Source of the DNA: an uncultured Gammaproteobacteria bacterium
GTDB taxonomy: Bacteria; Pseudomonadota; Gammaproteobacteria; Chromatiales; Chromatiaceae
Assembly (NCBI GenBank): GCA_963709645.1
Contig: CAVPXP010000021.1
Coordinates: forward strand, 88,445 to 152,444
Direction of reading: 5' to 3'
Length of the DNA: 64,000 bases
Made by a program: the position numbers and the translations under genes. The notes beneath the pieces are model-generated. The model was given only the letters and a program-made list of their open reading frames with translations, ran no database searches and was not told the origin of the DNA. Below, one piece after another: positions 60,068-64,000 of the stretch; positions within the stretch are counted from its first letter, which is position 1, and every line of letters begins with the position of its first letter.

Positions 60068-60230
60068 GAGCCTGTCGGACTTAGGGGGATCGTCGCGAGG
60101 GAGTGGGAGAGCGAGACCATTTTGTTCCGGCTTTGAGGCGCATAGTGGGCTCTATGTAACGACATAGCGGGGGCAGAATGGGCCGTTCTCCCACTTCCGC
60201 AGTAGATTCATCCTGAGTCCGACAGGCTCC
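60067..60230. repeat. 164-nt nested inverted repeat / long stem-loop
   Basis: Outer stem GGAGCCTGTCGGACT (60067-60081) pairs perfectly with AGTCCGACAGGCTCC (60216-60230). Inner stem GGGAGTGGGAGAGCG (60099-60113) pairs with CGTTCTCCCACTTCC (60184-60198): 15 bp with 2 G-T pairs. Apical CTATG/CATAG. Starts at the last base of the stop codon of the preceding gene. Confidence 0.8.
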
Positions 60231-60494
60231 CGGCATCCGCGCTCCCCTCGCCGCTTTCCCCGATCCCGGGGAGCATCGCCGCCGTCCCCACTCGGGTGTC
60301 GTATTCATGATCGGCGTGAAGCGCCTGCAGACTGAGGATACCGCTCGACAACTGGAGCTGTTTGCCCTTGGGGTAAATTAGCCAGATGACGGTCAGGCCT
60401 GCGTATTTAGGGGACTGCCTGGACAAAGGCGAAAGCCGTAGGCTATGTGCGGCGGGCCCGCAATGTTAGGATTCCGAGCAGTCCTCTCTTGCTC

Positions 60495-61638
60495 ATGCGG
60501 CAGGGCAGGAGATCTCACGACCACGCAGGCGCCGGGCAACCCAAAGTGTCATTCGATTCTACGAAACCCATTGCCGTCTCCCTGGCGCTGATTGTCGTGC
60601 GTCGCTGGGCTCTATGCCGATCCGGCCCTCTGCGGACTCCGGCGCGACGCCGAAGAAGACCGGCGACCTCGGGTTCTGGGAGGAGCTCGCCTTCTGGGAG
60701 ACCGTCAAGAACAGCAAGGACCCGTCAGAGTTCGAGGCCTATCTGGCCACCTACCCCACCGGGCGCTTTGCGCGCCTTGCCGAGATACGGATCAAGGCGC
60801 TGAAGAGGCAAACCGCACCGGCATCGGGGAGGAGTCCACAGGTCCCCATCCGATGGCGGCGGACCTGCTGGCGGCATGTCGGCGGGTCGGCCGGGACAAC
60901 GGATCGCTGCGGGCGACGGGGCGACCGAGCACCTTTCGGGATTGCGACGCATGCCCGTTGATGGTGGAGGTACCGGCAGGCACCTACCTGATGGGCTCCG
61001 ACCAAGGCCGCCCGGACGAGAAGCCTAGACACGAGGTCCGCTTCGCCCGCCCATTCGCGATCGGCGTCTACGAGATAACACTCGCCGAATGGGACGCCTG
61101 TCTGCGCGAGGGCGGCTGCCGCTTCAGCCCCGAGGCGGGCGCTGACGGTCGCCTGCCTGCCAGCAATCTGAGCTGGGACGACGCACAAGAGTATGTCGCC
61201 TGGCTCAGCAAGAAGACGGGTCATGCGTACCGATTGCCGACCGAGGCCGAGTGGGAGTACGCAGCCAGCGGGGGCAAGACGACGGCCTATTGGTGGGGCG
61301 ACGAGGTCGGCAAGGGTAACGCGAATTGCAGTGACTGCGGGAGCGACTGGGATGGCCGCGGCCCGGCTCCGGTCGGATCTTTCGCGCCCAATCCGTTCGG
61401 GCTCTACGACGTCCACGGCAACCTGTGGGAATGGACGATGGACTGCGTGAATGGCTCCTACAAAGGAGCACCCGTCGACGGCTCGGCCTGGCTTCGGGGC
61501 GATTGCATCGCGCGCATCCTGCGCGGCGGCAGCTGGAATCTGGGGGCTGACTACATGCGAACGACCCGGCGGAATCATTACGACCGGGACGTTCGCTACT
61601 ACCTGCACGGTTTCCGGGTCGTCCGGTCCATGCCCTGA
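60495..61638 (+). pseudogene. membrane-anchored FGE-sulfatase (SUMF1) domain protein, about 2 frameshifts; start uncertain
   Basis: The putative anchor KPIAVSLALIVV (frame 60447), DLGFWEELAFWETVKNSKDPSEFEAYLATYPTGRFARLAEIRIKAL (frame 60614) and the FGE domain in frame 60592 (RLPTEAEWEYAASGG, GNLWEWT, LRGGSW, GFRVVRS) read as one gene. Confidence 0.7.
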
Positions 61639-61822
61639 TCCCGCGACCTGATCGGGGCATGGCGGGCGGCTGCGATGCCCTGTATCGCCAGCCCGCCAGT
61701 TGCCTGCGGACATCTCCGTCCAGACCGCTACGCATGACCCTCGCCGCCGTCGCCGCGGCCGCTATCGCGGACCCTCCAGGACCTGCGAGAGTTTCATGCA
61801 GACCTCGATTCCGAACCCCTAA

Positions 61823-61970
61823 GGAGATGCTGATGAAAGCCATCCTGGCTTGAATCAGCTCGCGCTCCCCGAGGCGCGACTCGTGGAGCGCTCCATTTTC
61901 ACCGGCTGAGCGCCGTTGAAAATGGCGGGCCCTCCGTGCCCCCACGGGAAACGCTTTAATCAGCGTTTTC
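61823..61970 (+). repeat. 148-bp MITE-like structured element, copy B
   Basis: GGAGATGCTGATGAAAGCC...GGGAAACGCTTTAATCAGCGTTTTC. See copy A. Confidence 0.85.
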
Positions 61971-62005
61971 AACGTAATGCTCGCCCTGGACGGCGCCGGC
62001 CATTC

Positions 62006-62676
62006 TCAGGGCACGGTGATGGTGATCCGCTCTGACATCACCGGCGGCGTGTGCGGGATGTGATTGGCATCGCCCAGCAGCAATTGCAGGGTGTGCTCGC
62101 CCTTGGGTAGTGTCAGGTGATACTCGGTCTGGCCACGGCCGAAAGTGGACAAAGTTGTCACTCGCAGGGATCGGCTGATCCAGTGGCGGTAGGTCCGTAT
62201 CGATCAGCAGGTGATGATGGCCCGGTATGGGCCTTATCCACGCCGGCAGGCGCCGTACCCATCCCGTGCAGTCCGAACAGGACGACGAAATCGCCCCCAG
62301 GGATTACCTCGCCATCCTGCGGCCAAATGATGTACGCAAAGGCATCCTCTGGAGCCTCGGTCGGTCCGCCTTTCAAGCTGGGTGTACTCGGTTCCAAGGA
62401 ACCGCTCCCTCGGTCGACTCGAGCAGGTGACCATAGACGAAGCCCATCTGCCCGCTGTTCAAGCGAACCTGGTGCCAGTTGCCTCCAGCGGCGCTTCCGA
62501 TCACCCGGACGCTGGTTGCCCTGTTTGAGGTAACCGATCTTCTGGGAATTGGTGGTCGGCGCGGCCCTGATGTTCGAGTTGGCCGTCGCCTGGTACATCT
62601 TGCCCGAATCCTCTGCGCTCAGCGGGAAGGCAAAAAGAACCGAGGTGATCGCCGCGGTGATGAGGCTTCGTTTCAT
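62006..62676 (-). pseudogene. SH3b + DUF4399 domain periplasmic protein, about 3 frameshifts
   Basis: Signal MKRSLITAAITSVLFAFPLSA. SH3b-like IRAAPTTNSQKIGYLKQG / VRVIGSAAGGNWHQVRLNSGQMGFVYGHLL. DUF4399 pattern FGLHGMGTAPAGVDKAHTG / HHHLLIDTDLPPLDQPIPASDNFVHFGRGQTEYHLTLPKGEHTLQLLLGDANHIPH. Frame changes near 62515, 62400 and 62215. Confidence 0.65.
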
Positions 62677-62928
62677 GGGGTTGGCTCCTTTGGTCATTGC
62701 TATCGTTATTGCTGCGTCTTGAGCAAACGCAGATTAAACCGGCACTCACCGCGAGGCGGCGTTGCCGGCCGAGTCGGCAGGCCCCTCAGGTGCAGTTCCG
62801 GGTGCGCGGGGACCGAACCCAAGAATGGGCCGAATGCCGGGACATGACCGGAAACGCTCCAGCCGCACCCCGATACCCGGCAGAGTATGGGCGGGCCCGC
62901 ACGCCACAACAACCTTGGGGATCTCGCG

Positions 62929-64000
62929 TCATTGCATGTAGTCGAGCGCCTGTCGGAGCCCCAGCAGACGCTCATCGTCCGGATTCATTCTCAAACCAGT
63001 CTCAATCATTCGGCGAGCGTCGTCGATCGCCCCCTGCCTCAACATTGCGTCGGCGGACAGGAACACCTTGTTGGCTGCGTTTATTCGCCCAATCGTAACC
63101 AGGGCCTGCGTGGCTTGCGGGTGCTCCGGGTCGAGGTCCAGGACCCGGCTGTAGCTCTCGAAGGCGTTGTCTCCCGGCGGATCGGTCAAACGGCCGGCCT
63201 TCCATTGACGTCTCGGCCTGGTTCAGCAATGTTTCGAACCCGTTGCTGTCCGCCGGCTATAGGCCGTCGGGAGTATCCGCAAGCAGGGGTCCCCCGCCGG
63301 GGGTGCGCCTGGTCTCAACGTGAGCCGTCGGCGCCCCCGGTGGCAGACCCTCGGGTGTCGGCAGCAGGGGTCTGGCGCCCTCATCCGACGCGTGCGGCAG
63401 GGCACCAGGCACGGCGTCTTGGGCGTCGCTCGGCGGTACTGAGGGCGTCGCCGGTGCTTCTGGGATCGGTGTGAGAAGGCCGCTATAGCCGATGAAGGCC
63501 GCGATCCCCATAAGGCCCGCGATGCCGATCAAGGCGACCGCCAGCCCAAGGCGGCGTCTCGCGCGCCGATTCCGGAGGGGCTCCACTTGGGCCGGGGCAA
63601 CCCGGCGATTCGGCGTCGTTTCTGGGACTCGCGACAGGACGACGGTCGTCGTCGGAGTCGGACGGGGAGCACGCACCGATGTCGTCGTGCGGGATGCGCG
63701 TCGATGACCCGGAGCAGTTCCTCGGCTGACGCCATCCGATCCTCTGGCTTCTTGGCCATCAGCCCCTCGATGACGGGCTGGAACCGATCCAGGCGTTCGG
63801 GCAGTTCCGGGATCGGATCGTTCGCGTGCTTCAGCGCCAGCGCAAAGGGGTCCGGCGCCGAATAGGGCAGGGTACCGGTCAGCATCTGCCAGAAGAGGAC
63901 GCCGAGGCTGTACAGATCGGACCGGTTGTCCACCTCGTCTCCCAGGGCCTGCTCCGGACTCATGTAGCCGACGCTCCCGACCGTCACTCCGGTGGAGGTG
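62929..64000 (-). pseudogene. third Hanks-type Ser/Thr kinase (C-lobe, TM, TPR-like tail); 5' end beyond window, at least 2 frameshifts
   Basis: VGSVGYMSPEQALGDEVDNRSDLYSLGVLFWQMLTG...RMASAEELL. TM LGLAVALIGIAGLMGIAAFIGY in frame 63257..63676. Tail GDNAFESYSRVLDLDPEHPQA... in frame 62929..63189. Confidence 0.75.

Noticed and set aside
60067-60230. Retron msr/msd-type ncRNA
   Set aside because: No reverse transcriptase is adjacent, and the long perfect stems resemble a foldback repeat more than retron a1/a2 architecture.
42819-61638. Diversity-generating retroelement targeting the FGE/C-type-lectin-fold domains
   Set aside because: The window contains no reverse transcriptase gene. The three FGE C-termini are highly divergent from one another, and I found no nearby non-coding template-like copy of any of them.

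Overview
High-GC proteobacterial chromosomal segment. Hand-counted 60-nt lines are mostly about 65-75% G+C, with visibly lower patches. All family calls come from reading motifs by eye; no database search was run.

Layout, left to right:
(1) 1-10.9 kb, minus strand: a two-component pair, then a cluster of TPR protein, two CRTAC1/ASPIC-UnbV FG-GAP proteins and a multihaem cytochrome.
(2) 10.9-13.8 kb: a TauE-like exporter and a divergent GAF/sigma54 activator.
(3) 13.8-23.1 kb, accessory patch: a Uma2 nuclease, a PotD/NspS-like binding protein paired with a GGDEF-EAL sensor, two type II toxin-antitoxin pairs (one toxin carries an in-frame TGA), an IS110-family element and a PACE efflux gene.
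(4) 23.3-32.1 kb: an operon of YfdX-like, MoxR, DUF58, DUF4381, BatA, BatB and BatD genes.
(5) 32.2-42.3 kb, minus strand: a partial type VI secretion cluster in the order pppA-tagF-tssM-tssL-tssK-tssJ-tagH. No sheath, baseplate, Hcp or VgrG genes are in the window.
(6) 42.8-64 kb, signalling island: three Hanks-type Ser/Thr kinases, two of which share a perfectly identical 1058-bp 5' module. It also holds three FGE-sulfatase (TagR-like) domains, a secreted vWA protein, a TagT/TagS-like ABC pair, Sel1 and coiled-coil lipoproteins, and an autotransporter. A lower-GC TIR-FHA fusion gene and a 3.2-kb cassette bounded by inverted 150-bp MITE-like repeats complete it.

The most interesting hypothesis is a multi-sensor Thr-phosphorylation network with two FHA readers, T6SS TagH and a TIR effector.

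Caveat: roughly 35-45 frameshifts by manual frame tracking interrupt many genes, in clumps at 5-10 kb and 35-40 kb. This looks more like indel sequencing error than decay, and it limits start/stop precision.
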